Source: Planctomycetota bacterium (GTDB taxonomy: Bacteria; Planctomycetota; UBA1135; UBA2386). Taken from it: DNA of 64,000 nucleotides. A program made the translations under genes and the position numbers. Where the stretch lies: NCBI GenBank assembly GCA_965223545.1, contig OZ245006.1, positions 7,424,001 to 7,488,000 of the forward strand, read 5' to 3'. The notes under the pieces are model-generated. The model saw nothing but the letters and a program-made list of their open reading frames with translations, had not been told where the DNA came from and did no database searches. The first letter of the stretch is position 1. Each line of letters opens with the position of its first letter. Shown in pieces: positions 37,057 to 45,820 of this stretch.

Positions 37057-38231
37057 GCGGTCGCGCGCCGGTTCTTCCCCAGGCGTTCGACGATCGAGAC
37101 CCAGCCGTCCTCGACGTCCTTGCTGTAGCGCGGCGCGCAGAAGTAGGACAGCACGCGGTCCTTGGCCGCCTTGCGCATGCTCTCGCGCAGCTCGACGTCC
37201 TCGGCGTAGCGGCGCAGGCAGCGGGCCATCGCGGCGACGTCGCCGGGTGGGTAGAGCAGGCCGCACTTGCCGTGTTCGAGCACCAGCGGCAGGTCGCCGG
37301 TGGAGCCGCAAATGATGGCGTTGTCTTGATACATCGCCTCGAGCACGGACACCGGCAGGCTCTCTTGGATCGAGGAGAAGCAGAAGAAGTCCATCGCCTC
37401 GAGGTAGCCGGGCATCTGTTCGATCGACCCGCGCTTGCCCGGCATGAAGACGCGGCCCTTGTAGGGCGGCTCGCTGATCATCTTGCGCAGCTTCTCTTCT
37501 TCTTCGCCGTAGCCGAGCAGCACGCAGTAGAGGTTGTCGCAGCCCGACTCGATGACGGCTTGCGGGAGCAGGTGGTGGCCCTTGGCCCACGCCATGCGGC
37601 CGAGGGTGCCGGTCAGCAGTGCGCCCTCGGGCAGGCCGAGCTGCTGGCGCAGGCCCTCGGCTTCGCCGGGTTGCGTCTGCAGGTAGTAGGGCTCGACCGC
37701 GTTCATCATCACCTTCATCGGCATGTTCTTGGGCAACATGCGCTTGGCGTCGCGGCCACAGGCGTGCGAGCCGGTCCAGACCTCGTCGGCGTTGCGCACC
37801 GCCCAGCGGTTGGCGAGCTCGTAGAAGCCGTAGCGCATGTCGGCGAGCGTGCGCTTGAAGCCGATCCAACCGTGCACGAACGAGGTCCACGGCACGCCCA
37901 TCCCCGCCGAGCCGCCGGCCATGCGGCAGACGAGGTCGGTGCGCATGTCGTTGCTGGTGACGACGTCGACGTTGGCCTTGGCGATCACCTCGCGCAGCTG
38001 CGCCGCGGTGGCGCGCACGTTGCGCAGCCCGCGCCACGGGATGTCGTGGTTCTCCAGGTCGGCACAGCGCGGCGACACCTGGGTCAGGGTCGGTTCGCGG
38101 TCCTCGGAGACGATGTGGCACAGCACGGGCTCGACCCGGCTGTGGTCGAGGTGGGCGACGTACATCTCGACCAGGCGCACGGCGCCGGCGACGGGGTAGT
38201 CGTTGGACTTGAGGACGAGGGCGCGGACCAT
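37053..38231 (-). CDS. Glycosyltransferase family 4
   Basis: GRMAWAKG, ESLPVSVLEAM, GLLYPPGD. Confidence 0.9.
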   Translation of the reverse strand: MVRALVLKSNDYPVAGAVRLVEMYVAHLDHSRVEPVLCHIVSEDREPTLTQVSPRCADLENHDIPWRGLRNVRATAAQLREVIAKANVDVVTSNDMRTDLVCRMAGGSAGMGVPWTSFVHGWIGFKRTLADMRYGFYELANRWAVRNADEVWTGSHACGRDAKRMLPKNMPMKVMMNAVEPYYLQTQPGEAEGLRQQLGLPEGALLTGTLGRMAWAKGHHLLPQAVIESGCDNLYCVLLGYGEEEEKLRKMISEPPYKGRVFMPGKRGSIEQMPGYLEAMDFFCFSSIQESLPVSVLEAMYQDNAIICGSTGDLPLVLEHGKCGLLYPPGDVAAMARCLRRYAEDVELRESMRKAAKDRVLSYFCAPRYSKDVEDGWVSIVERLGKNRRATA

Positions 38232-38505
38232 GGGGAGGGGTTTGGTGGAGCGAGGTGGCGAAACGCGGTGGCTTGCGGCAACCGTCCGCGCCGTGGGCCT
38301 TTCGGGGATCGGCTTGGCGGGGGGCGGCGGGCCGCGAGAGCCGTGGGCCGCCGTGGAGGATGGGGTCGCCGCAGTCAGGCGAGTATAGCCGGTCGCGGCG
38401 GCGTTGCTCGCAAACCGCCGTGTCGCGGCGTACCCTTCGCCAGGCCTCCCGGGGCGCCCGGGGGCTTCGAGGGCTCGCCTGCCGAGCCCGCTCCGCGACC
38501 CGCCC

Positions 38506-39231
38506 ATGAGCCCCATGAGCCGACGAGCGATCATCCTAGCGGGCGGCGTCGGCCGCCGCCTGTTGCCCTACACCTCGGTGCTACCGAAGCCCCTGATGCC
38601 GCTCGGCGAGCGCCCGATCCTCGAGATCGTCGTGCGCCAGCTGCGCCACGCCGGCTTCGACCACCTCACCATGGCCGTCGGCCACCTGGCGAGCCTGATC
38701 CAGGCCTACTTCGGCGACGGCGAGAAGTTCGGCGTCCGGATCGACTACTCGATGGAAGAGCGCCCGCTCGGCACCGCGGGCCCCTTGAGCCTGTTGGCCG
38801 AGGGCCTCGGCGAGGACTTCCTGGTGATGAACGGCGACGTCCTCACCGACCTCGACTTCGACGCGTTCTACCGCGGCCACCGCGACTCCGGCGCGCTGTG
38901 CACGGTCGCCAGCTTCGACAAGACGATTGACGTGTCGCTGGGCGTGCTCGACGTCGGCGATGACGGTCAGGTGCGCGGCTACGACGAGAAGCCGCAGCTA
39001 CGCTTCGCGGTGTCGACCGGGATCTACTGCTTCAGGCCCGAGGTGCAGCGGCATCTGGTCCCGGGCGCGCCGCGCGATCTGCCCGATCTGGTGATGGCGA
39101 TGCTGTCGGCGGGGGAGGCGGTGCGCGCGCACGCGATCGAGGGGCAGTGGTTGGATATCGGGCGACCGGATGACTACGAGGCGGCGCAGCAGGCGTACTT
39201 GCGCGGGGACTTCGGGGCGTTGGGGGATTGA
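38506..39231 (+). CDS. Sugar-phosphate nucleotidyltransferase
   Basis: AIILAGGVGRRL, PKPL, PLGTAG, VMNGD, EKP, WLDIG. Confidence 0.92.
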   Translation: MSPMSRRAIILAGGVGRRLLPYTSVLPKPLMPLGERPILEIVVRQLRHAGFDHLTMAVGHLASLIQAYFGDGEKFGVRIDYSMEERPLGTAGPLSLLAEGLGEDFLVMNGDVLTDLDFDAFYRGHRDSGALCTVASFDKTIDVSLGVLDVGDDGQVRGYDEKPQLRFAVSTGIYCFRPEVQRHLVPGAPRDLPDLVMAMLSAGEAVRAHAIEGQWLDIGRPDDYEAAQQAYLRGDFGALGD

Positions 39232-39261
39232 GCGCGCACTGAGTTCGAAAGAGGATCGCTG

Positions 39262-39606
39262 ATGCCGCACTTCGTCGTCGAATGCTCGTCGAGTCTGTTC
39301 GAGCGCGTGGAAGCAGAGTCGTTGCTCTCGGCAGTGTTCGAGACGGCCGTGGGATCGGGGCTGTTCGAAGAGCGCAACATCAAGGTGCGCCTTCGGCCTT
39401 ACCAGCTGCACCTGCAGGGCGCCGAGGGCACCGATTTTCTCCACGTCTTCGCTCACATCATGGGCGGGCGCACGACCGAGCAGAAGAAGGTCTTGTCCGT
39501 TGCTCTCACCCGCCGACTGAAGGAGATGCTGCCCGGCGTCTCGGTGGTCTCGGTCAACGTCTACGAGTTCGATCCCGAGACCTACTCCAACCGCGACATG
39601 GTGTAG
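39262..39606 (+). CDS. 5-carboxymethyl-2-hydroxymuconate isomerase (tautomerase) family protein
   Basis: N-terminal MPHFVVE (catalytic Pro), SGLF...IKVR, FLHV...GRTTEQKK. Confidence 0.85.
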   Translation: MPHFVVECSSSLFERVEAESLLSAVFETAVGSGLFEERNIKVRLRPYQLHLQGAEGTDFLHVFAHIMGGRTTEQKKVLSVALTRRLKEMLPGVSVVSVNVYEFDPETYSNRDMV

Positions 39607-39723
39607 CCGGGCGCTACTTGCCATCAAGGCTTGATCACCTTGGCTTTGCGGACATCGGCTGTGACGCAAACGGTGTCGCGAACGTGCGTTGTGTCGCAAG
39701 GCGGCGAGTTGTCAAATGGTGTG

Positions 39724-40356
39724 ATGCAAGTGACGACGCGAGTCGCCGCCGTGGCCCGCAGAGTACGGTGCTACCCGGAGTTGTTCTTGTTGGTCGTCGG
39801 GTCTCTAGCCGTGCGAATTCCGGCGCAGACCGTTTCTTGGATGATTGTGCCGTCCTCGCCGACGCCGATCTTGGCGAGCCAGCTCGCATATTACGAGTGT
39901 GCTGACCAGATGTTTGTTCATGGCGCGGGCCTGGCACAGGATCAAACTTGGACGTTCCAGGGGTCCTTGTGGACTATGTGGACATCGCTATTGTCTTCTG
40001 GTGCGCGAATCGCGCCAGGATGCTGTTATCGTCCGACTAAGCAGGATATAGTTTTGTTTGGCGGAGAGCCGGGGCGAGCAACCAACCAGAGCCTTGCTGA
40101 CACGTGGTCGTGGAACGGGGCGTGGCGGCCATTGGGGGTTGGCGGTCCCGGACGGCCTAGCATGGGGATGACGCACGACTTCACTCGCGATCGGGTCGTC
40201 ATGTTCGGTGGATCATCTCGCTCGCCCGGAGGTGGAGGGTTCCTCGGTGACACGGTGGAGTGGGACGGTGTGAGATGGGCCAGCATCGCTACGCCGACCG
40301 GTCCAAGCCCAAGAGTTTCTCCGGCGATGGCTTATGATCCGATTCGCAACACGTAG
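39724..40356 (+). pseudogene. Kelch-like beta-propeller paralogue 1, 3'-truncated
   Basis: VLFGG...DTWSWNG blades; stops at AMAYDPIRNT*, where paralogues continue for ~250 aa. Confidence 0.78.
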
Positions 40357-40460
40357 CACTCGCCAAGCACATGTCGACAAGGTCCGGCCATTGCCGTTGC
40401 GGCGCGTCTCGGGTTCGATGGTTCGAGAGAGCCGCAGGCAGCTCTCGGACGGCATTGCTG

Positions 40461-41885
40461 ATGCGGTACGCCCTCTTCTTCATTGCCGGATCGATCGGTC
40501 CTGTCCTGCCCGCACAGCCTGAACCGCTAACGAGGGCGCCGGCCGCCAACCTCTCCTGGACGAAGGTGCCGTCTTCGTCGTCTCCGCCTGCCTTTGCCAG
40601 CCAAATTGTGTATCACGCCTCGGCCGACCAACTCCTCGCCCATGGTGCAGGGCAGGGCTTTGGCGAGACCTGGATTTTTCAGGGATCCACATGGACCAAG
40701 CGCATCTCTAGCCCCACTCCCGGTCGGCGATTCACGCCTGGGCTGTGCTACCGAAGTGCGTCGAACGACGTCTTTCTCTTCGGCGGAGAGAGTGGGCCGC
40801 CGTCTCCGGTTTTTAGTCCGAGTCTTGGGGATGCTTGGTCGTGGGACGGGGTTGCGTGGCGGCAGTTGGCGGCTCGTGGGCCCGCTCGTAGCGGTGGGAT
40901 GGGGATGGCATACGACTCTGCACGAGACCGGGTGGTCGTTTTCGGTGGGGTCTATTCCTCAGGCGCGGCCGTGTTTCCCCTTGGCGATACTTGGGAGTGG
41001 GACGGCGCGAGGTGGATCAACATCGCCGCGCCGGTCGCTCCAAGTCCAAGAACTGGTCCGGCCATGGGCTATGACCCGGTTCGCAAGCGAGTCGTCCTAT
41101 TTGGTGGTAGCGGGCAGAACGATACCTGGGAGTACGATGGTACGACTTGGAGCCAGCGATTTCCCTCGAACGCACCGAGCCCGCGTTGGTCGTCGATGGC
41201 ATGGGATGAAGCACGGCAGGTGATGGTCTTGGCCAATGGATATAATTCCGCGGCGATTGGTGCTCATGACTCTGGGTTGATTGCGGGTCAGTGGTCAACG
41301 GATACATGGGAGTGGGATGGCCGCAATTGGGAGAAGCGGCGCCGGCCGCCCGCGGGATACTACAGCTTCGACTTCTACCAAGCACTGGCGTACGATAGCC
41401 GGAGGCAGCGGACCATGACGATCTTGTACCATAAACCGACGCGTTCCTATGAGCTCTGGTCGTATGGCCCAAACTTTCCGGGGACGGCTAACTCTTATGG
41501 CGTGCCGTGCTCTGGCTCCTCGGGAACGCCCGTGCTCGCCGCAACGACCCTGCCATGGGTTGGCTTCCCCGTCACCCTTGACCTGAGCGGCGCAGTCCCC
41601 GGCACCCCAGCTGTCCTGACCGTCGGCCAGTCCAACACCCAATGGCTCGGCGCGACTCTCCCGCTCACGCTCGCACCGAGCCAATGCCAAGTCCACGCCT
41701 CCGTCGATCTCGGCTTCGCTGGGCGCGCCGACGCCCAAGGCAACGCCCAGTGGACCCTCCCCTTGGCCAACCTCCCCAGCCTGGTCGGGCGATCGATGTT
41801 CCTGCAGGGCTACGCCGCGGACCCCGCGGTCGCGCTCGGTATCGTCACGTCGAACGCGATCGAGGCAGTCCTCGGTGCGAAGTAG
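40461..41885 (+). CDS. Secreted Kelch-like beta-propeller with conserved C-terminal domain (paralogue 2, intact)
   Basis: Signal-like MRYALFFIAGSIGPVLPAQ, repeated MAYDxxRxRVVxFGG...DTWEWDG; in-frame upstream ATG at 40371 also possible. Confidence 0.88.
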   Translation: MRYALFFIAGSIGPVLPAQPEPLTRAPAANLSWTKVPSSSSPPAFASQIVYHASADQLLAHGAGQGFGETWIFQGSTWTKRISSPTPGRRFTPGLCYRSASNDVFLFGGESGPPSPVFSPSLGDAWSWDGVAWRQLAARGPARSGGMGMAYDSARDRVVVFGGVYSSGAAVFPLGDTWEWDGARWINIAAPVAPSPRTGPAMGYDPVRKRVVLFGGSGQNDTWEYDGTTWSQRFPSNAPSPRWSSMAWDEARQVMVLANGYNSAAIGAHDSGLIAGQWSTDTWEWDGRNWEKRRRPPAGYYSFDFYQALAYDSRRQRTMTILYHKPTRSYELWSYGPNFPGTANSYGVPCSGSSGTPVLAATTLPWVGFPVTLDLSGAVPGTPAVLTVGQSNTQWLGATLPLTLAPSQCQVHASVDLGFAGRADAQGNAQWTLPLANLPSLVGRSMFLQGYAADPAVALGIVTSNAIEAVLGAK

Positions 41886-42120
41886 ATCGCGAGCACCGGT
41901 CGAGTACCGAGCTTGTGATCGTCCTACACTCGTAGCACTCGCCAAGCACATGTCTACAAAGTCTGGCAATTGCTGTTGCGGCGCGTCTCGGGTTCAGCGG
42001 TTCGCGAGAGCCGCGGGCGGCTTTCGAATGGTGTTACTGATGCGCTACTCCCTCTTTCTCATCGCCGGATCGATCGGTCCTGTCCTGTCCGCCCAGCCCG
42101 GACCTCTAACAAGAGCGCCG

Positions 42121-43734
42121 GGGTGTGGATCCGCTATTGAGCAACTCGATCATGCGGCCACCTTCACGGCGGTACGTCGGGTTTCGTGGAGCTTGTGCAT
42201 CGCTTGATCCCAACGGTCGCTGAGCGCCAGAGCACGCAGGCGGAGGACGTGTTCGCCGGTCGTCGACTTCCAGCGCGATCCGGCGCGTTTCATACGCACG
42301 GCCACGAGTGTCTTGCAGGTGGCCTCGACAGCTCCGCTGCCAATTGGCAGACCAAGGCGCAGCGATCTGGCGAACCGCATGCGCTCGGCGTGGTTTTCGA
42401 AATAGGTGATGGCCTCATGGACGGGCCGCTTCGAGTCCCGCCAAGTATCCTCGAGGCCGGAACCGCGCAGTTCGGCGCGGATCTCTTCGGCTGCGCTGTT
42501 CGCGCAGCGCAATCGAACGCGCCAACGGTGCAACTCCGACTTGGCGCCGTCTGCACCGAAGATCACCTCGGCGGCCGGCGCCAGCTTCTCGACCACGTGC
42601 CAGAAGTCGATGCCTTGCTCGACGTTGCCGAACACCGCGGCGGGGAAGTGAGTGTGGAGCAGGTTGCACATCTCGTGGGCACCGTCGGACAGCAGCTTCA
42701 CTCGCAGGTCCGGGCTCTTCTGCAACAGCCTGTACGCCTCGCCGGCGATCTGAGCGAACCACAGGTCGACGTCGCTTTCCGGCATGCACCCGTACCGGAG
42801 CGTGTGCAGGCTCGCCCCTTCGGCGTCGTGCAAAGTGATCGTTGCGCAGTAGGCCATCCGGAAGTTCCGGTCTACGGGCCGCTTTGGCGCGTCCTTGCGC
42901 GGTCGGCCCGCCCGACGCTTCGCGGCCTCTTCCATCGGCACGGACACGCGGTCGACTGCCACGCTCATGGCGACGGCTTCCGCTGGCACGTCGAACTCCT
43001 GCGTGAGCATGTCCTCGATGTCCGCGTGTTCGCGAAGCCAGTGCTCGCCGACATGGTGCGCGACGCGCTCGAAGCTGGCCCGCGAATAGGGAAACCGACC
43101 TGTCTGGCGGGCAGCATCCGCCGCATCGCGCGACGGGCCGCGCTGAATGTCGTTCGCCATGCACTGGGCGGTGAGAGGAAGCCAACCGCGGCCGTAGGCA
43201 CCGGTTCGCAGCTTGATCGGGTCGAGGATCGGTCCGTTGCGCACGCCGACTTGGCGATAGACGGTGCGCTCGACTTTGACCTCGCCCGCCATCGTGAAGT
43301 ACGTGCCCGGCGTGCGCCGGAAACTGGCGTAGAGAGCGCCTCGGACCCGGATCCGTGGCGCGTCGACGTCGAGGGCGCGAAGCACCTCCGCGTGCGCTGC
43401 CCGCTCGACCGCGGCGGTCTGCTTGGCGATCGCCCTCTCCGTGTCCGCGTAGTCCACCGCGTGACCGCCGCGGCTCGACTCCGCCGCCGCCACCGTTGCG
43501 TCGACCAGGCTCTGCATCGACTCGGCGAGCCCCTTGTGCTCAACTGGCACCTTCACGAGGACGTACCCTCGTGAAGCGCCCCTCCCAGGACGCTGGTGTT
43601 GCATCCTGTATCCGATAGGGAGGGGCGCATGCTTGTACAAGTGTCTTCTACACAAATACTTGCGGCGAGCCAGCCTGCGACCACCAGATCTCGGGTGCGA
43701 TCACGCTGCTCCGCTCAATGCCGGAGCCACACCC
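42121..43734 (-). mobile_element. ISKra4-family insertion sequence, 1614 bp, with 8-bp TSD
   Basis: Imperfect terminal IRs GGGTGTGGATCCGCTATTGAGC / GGGTGTGGCTCCGGCATTGAGC; direct repeat GAGCGCCG at 42113-42120 and 43735-43742. Confidence 0.92.
42150..43604 (-). CDS. ISKra4-family (IS256/Mutator-like) DDE transposase
   Basis: VDRVSVP, LSDGA, DFWHVVEKL, LPIGSGAVEATCK..RMKRAGSRW. Start uncertain. Confidence 0.88.
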   Translation of the reverse strand: MQHQRPGRGASRGYVLVKVPVEHKGLAESMQSLVDATVAAAESSRGGHAVDYADTERAIAKQTAAVERAAHAEVLRALDVDAPRIRVRGALYASFRRTPGTYFTMAGEVKVERTVYRQVGVRNGPILDPIKLRTGAYGRGWLPLTAQCMANDIQRGPSRDAADAARQTGRFPYSRASFERVAHHVGEHWLREHADIEDMLTQEFDVPAEAVAMSVAVDRVSVPMEEAAKRRAGRPRKDAPKRPVDRNFRMAYCATITLHDAEGASLHTLRYGCMPESDVDLWFAQIAGEAYRLLQKSPDLRVKLLSDGAHEMCNLLHTHFPAAVFGNVEQGIDFWHVVEKLAPAAEVIFGADGAKSELHRWRVRLRCANSAAEEIRAELRGSGLEDTWRDSKRPVHEAITYFENHAERMRFARSLRLGLPIGSGAVEATCKTLVAVRMKRAGSRWKSTTGEHVLRLRALALSDRWDQAMHKLHETRRTAVKVAA

Positions 43735-45113
43735 GAGCGCCGGCCGCCAACGTCTCCTGGACGAGGGTGCCATCTTCGTCGTCTCCGCCTGCCTTTGCTA
43801 GCCAGATAGTATACCACGCCTCGGCCGACCAACTGCTTGCCTATGGTGCCGGGCCGAGCTTTGGCGAGACCTGGGTTTTTCAGGGGACCACGTGGACCAA
43901 CCGAATCTCCAGCTCCACTCCCGGTCGGCGGTTCGCGCCAGGGCTGTGCTATCGAAGTGCGTCGAAGGACGTTTTTCTGTTCGGCGGAGATAATGGACTG
44001 CCGTCTCCATACTTTTATCCGAGTCTTGGGGATGCGTGGTCGTGGGACGGAGTCGCATGGCGGCTGTTGGCGGCTCGGGGTCCCGCTCGCAGCGGAGGGA
44101 TGGGGATGGCGTACGACTCAGTGCGAGACCGAGTCGTCATTTTTGGTGGCACTTTTTCGACGGGCACGGCTGAGTTCCTCCTCGGCGATACTTGGGAGTG
44201 GGACGGGGTGAAGTGGATCAATATCATGCCCCCGGTCGCTCCAAGCCCAAAAACTGGTCCGGCGATGGCTTTTGACCCGATCCGCAAGCGGGTCGTCCTG
44301 TTCGGGGGTGGCGGGCAGAACGATACCTGGGGGGTACGATGGTGCCACGTGGATCCAGAAGTTTCCGTCGAATGCGCCGAGCCCGCGATGGTCGTCGATG
44401 GCATGGGATGAAGCACGGCAGGTGATGGTCTTGGCTGGCGGCTTTAATAATCCCTTCATAGTGGGTGCCCACGACCAGTGGTGGATTGCGGGCCGTTGGA
44501 CAACGGATACATGGGAGTGGGACGGTGTCGATTGGGCGAGACGTCGCCGGCCGCCCGCCGGATACTACATGGTCAATTTTTACCAATCAGTGGCATACGA
44601 TAGCCGGAGGCATAGGACCATGGTGCTTTTGTACCATGGGCCGACGCGTTCGGATGAGCTTTGGTCATATGGCCCGACGTTCCCGGCGACGGCCAGCTCT
44701 TACGGCGCGCCCTGTTCCGGCTCGTCCGCATCGCCTACACTCACCGCGACGACCCTGCCATGGGTTGGCTTCCCCGTCACCCTTGACCTGAGCGGCGCAG
44801 TCCCCGGCACCTCAGCAGTCCTGACCGTCGGCCAGTCCGACACCCAATGGCTCGGCGCGACTCTCCCGCTCACGCTCGCACCAAGCCAGTGCCAAGTCTA
44901 CGCCTCCGTCGACCTCGGCTTCGCCGGGCGCGCAGACGCCCAAGGCAACGCCCAGTGGACCCTCCCTTTGGCCAACCTCCCCAGTCTGGTCGGGCGATCG
45001 ATGTTCCTACAGGGCTACGCCGCAGACCCCGCGGTCGCGCTCGGCTTCGTCACGTCAAACGCGATCGACGCGGTTCTGGGCGCGAAGTAGCCCAAGCCCG
45101 CGACCACGACCCC

Positions 45114-45639
45114 CTACCCCCGCAGCGCCTCGTACTGCCGCTGCGTCGCCGCCACCATCCCCGGTAGATCAAACCGCTCCCGCACCACCTCCGCCCCACG
45201 CACCCCCATCGCGCGCCGCCGCGCCGGATCGCGCACCAGCTCCCAGCTCCAGCACCGCGTCCGCCAACGCCTTCGGATCGCTCGGTGGCACCAGCAACCC
45301 GGTTTCCCCGGGCACCACGGTGTCGCGGTTTCCGATGACGTCGGTCGCCACCACCGGCAGCTCGAGCAGTATGGCCTCGAGCAGCACGTAGGGCAGGCCT
45401 TCGTACACCGACGAGAGCACGAACACGTCGAACGTGTTCATCACGTCCTGGATGTCGTGCCGGGAGCCCAGGAAGTGGAACGCCTGGAAGACGTCGACTT
45501 CGCGGGCGGCGACCGTGCTCTGCAGGCGCTTCTCGCCGTCGCCGCACCAGATGAAGCGGGCGTGTGGGGCGCCGTCGATGCCGAGCTCGCGGCGGATCCG
45601 TCGGCAGGGCGTCGTCGTCGGGGCGGAAGCCGTCGTCGC
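45114..45639 (-). pseudogene. Degenerate duplicate of the 3' half of the GT4 gene at 47304-48467
   Basis: Matches 47304-47911, but with a 7-bp duplication (CCAGCTC x2, 45236-45249), a ~90-bp deletion and no 5' half. Confidence 0.9.
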
Positions 45640-45820
45640 GGACGAGCGCGGCGACCGGGGGCCTGACACTCAGAGGGGCGGCGCCTGGGGTATTGGTTCT
45701 GATGGGCGCTGGCGGCTGTGGTATAACAGTGAGTTCCCCAATCCTTCTTGGGGGCTTTCATTCCGGAACATTATGCATGTTGTTGGACTACAGGCTGTGT
45801 GATTGCACTCAGAGACAACC

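Larger units (their letters stand above)
42040..45090 (+). pseudogene. Kelch-like paralogue 3, split by an IS and frameshifted
   Basis: MRYSLFLIAGSIGPVLSAQPGPLTRAP (42040-42120) resumes as AANVSWT at 43743 after the IS; +1 frameshift in the G6 run at 44329-44334. Confidence 0.88.

Noticed and set aside
42186..43574. 462-aa + strand ORF inside the IS
   Set aside because: Antisense shadow of the transposase with no recognisable motifs.
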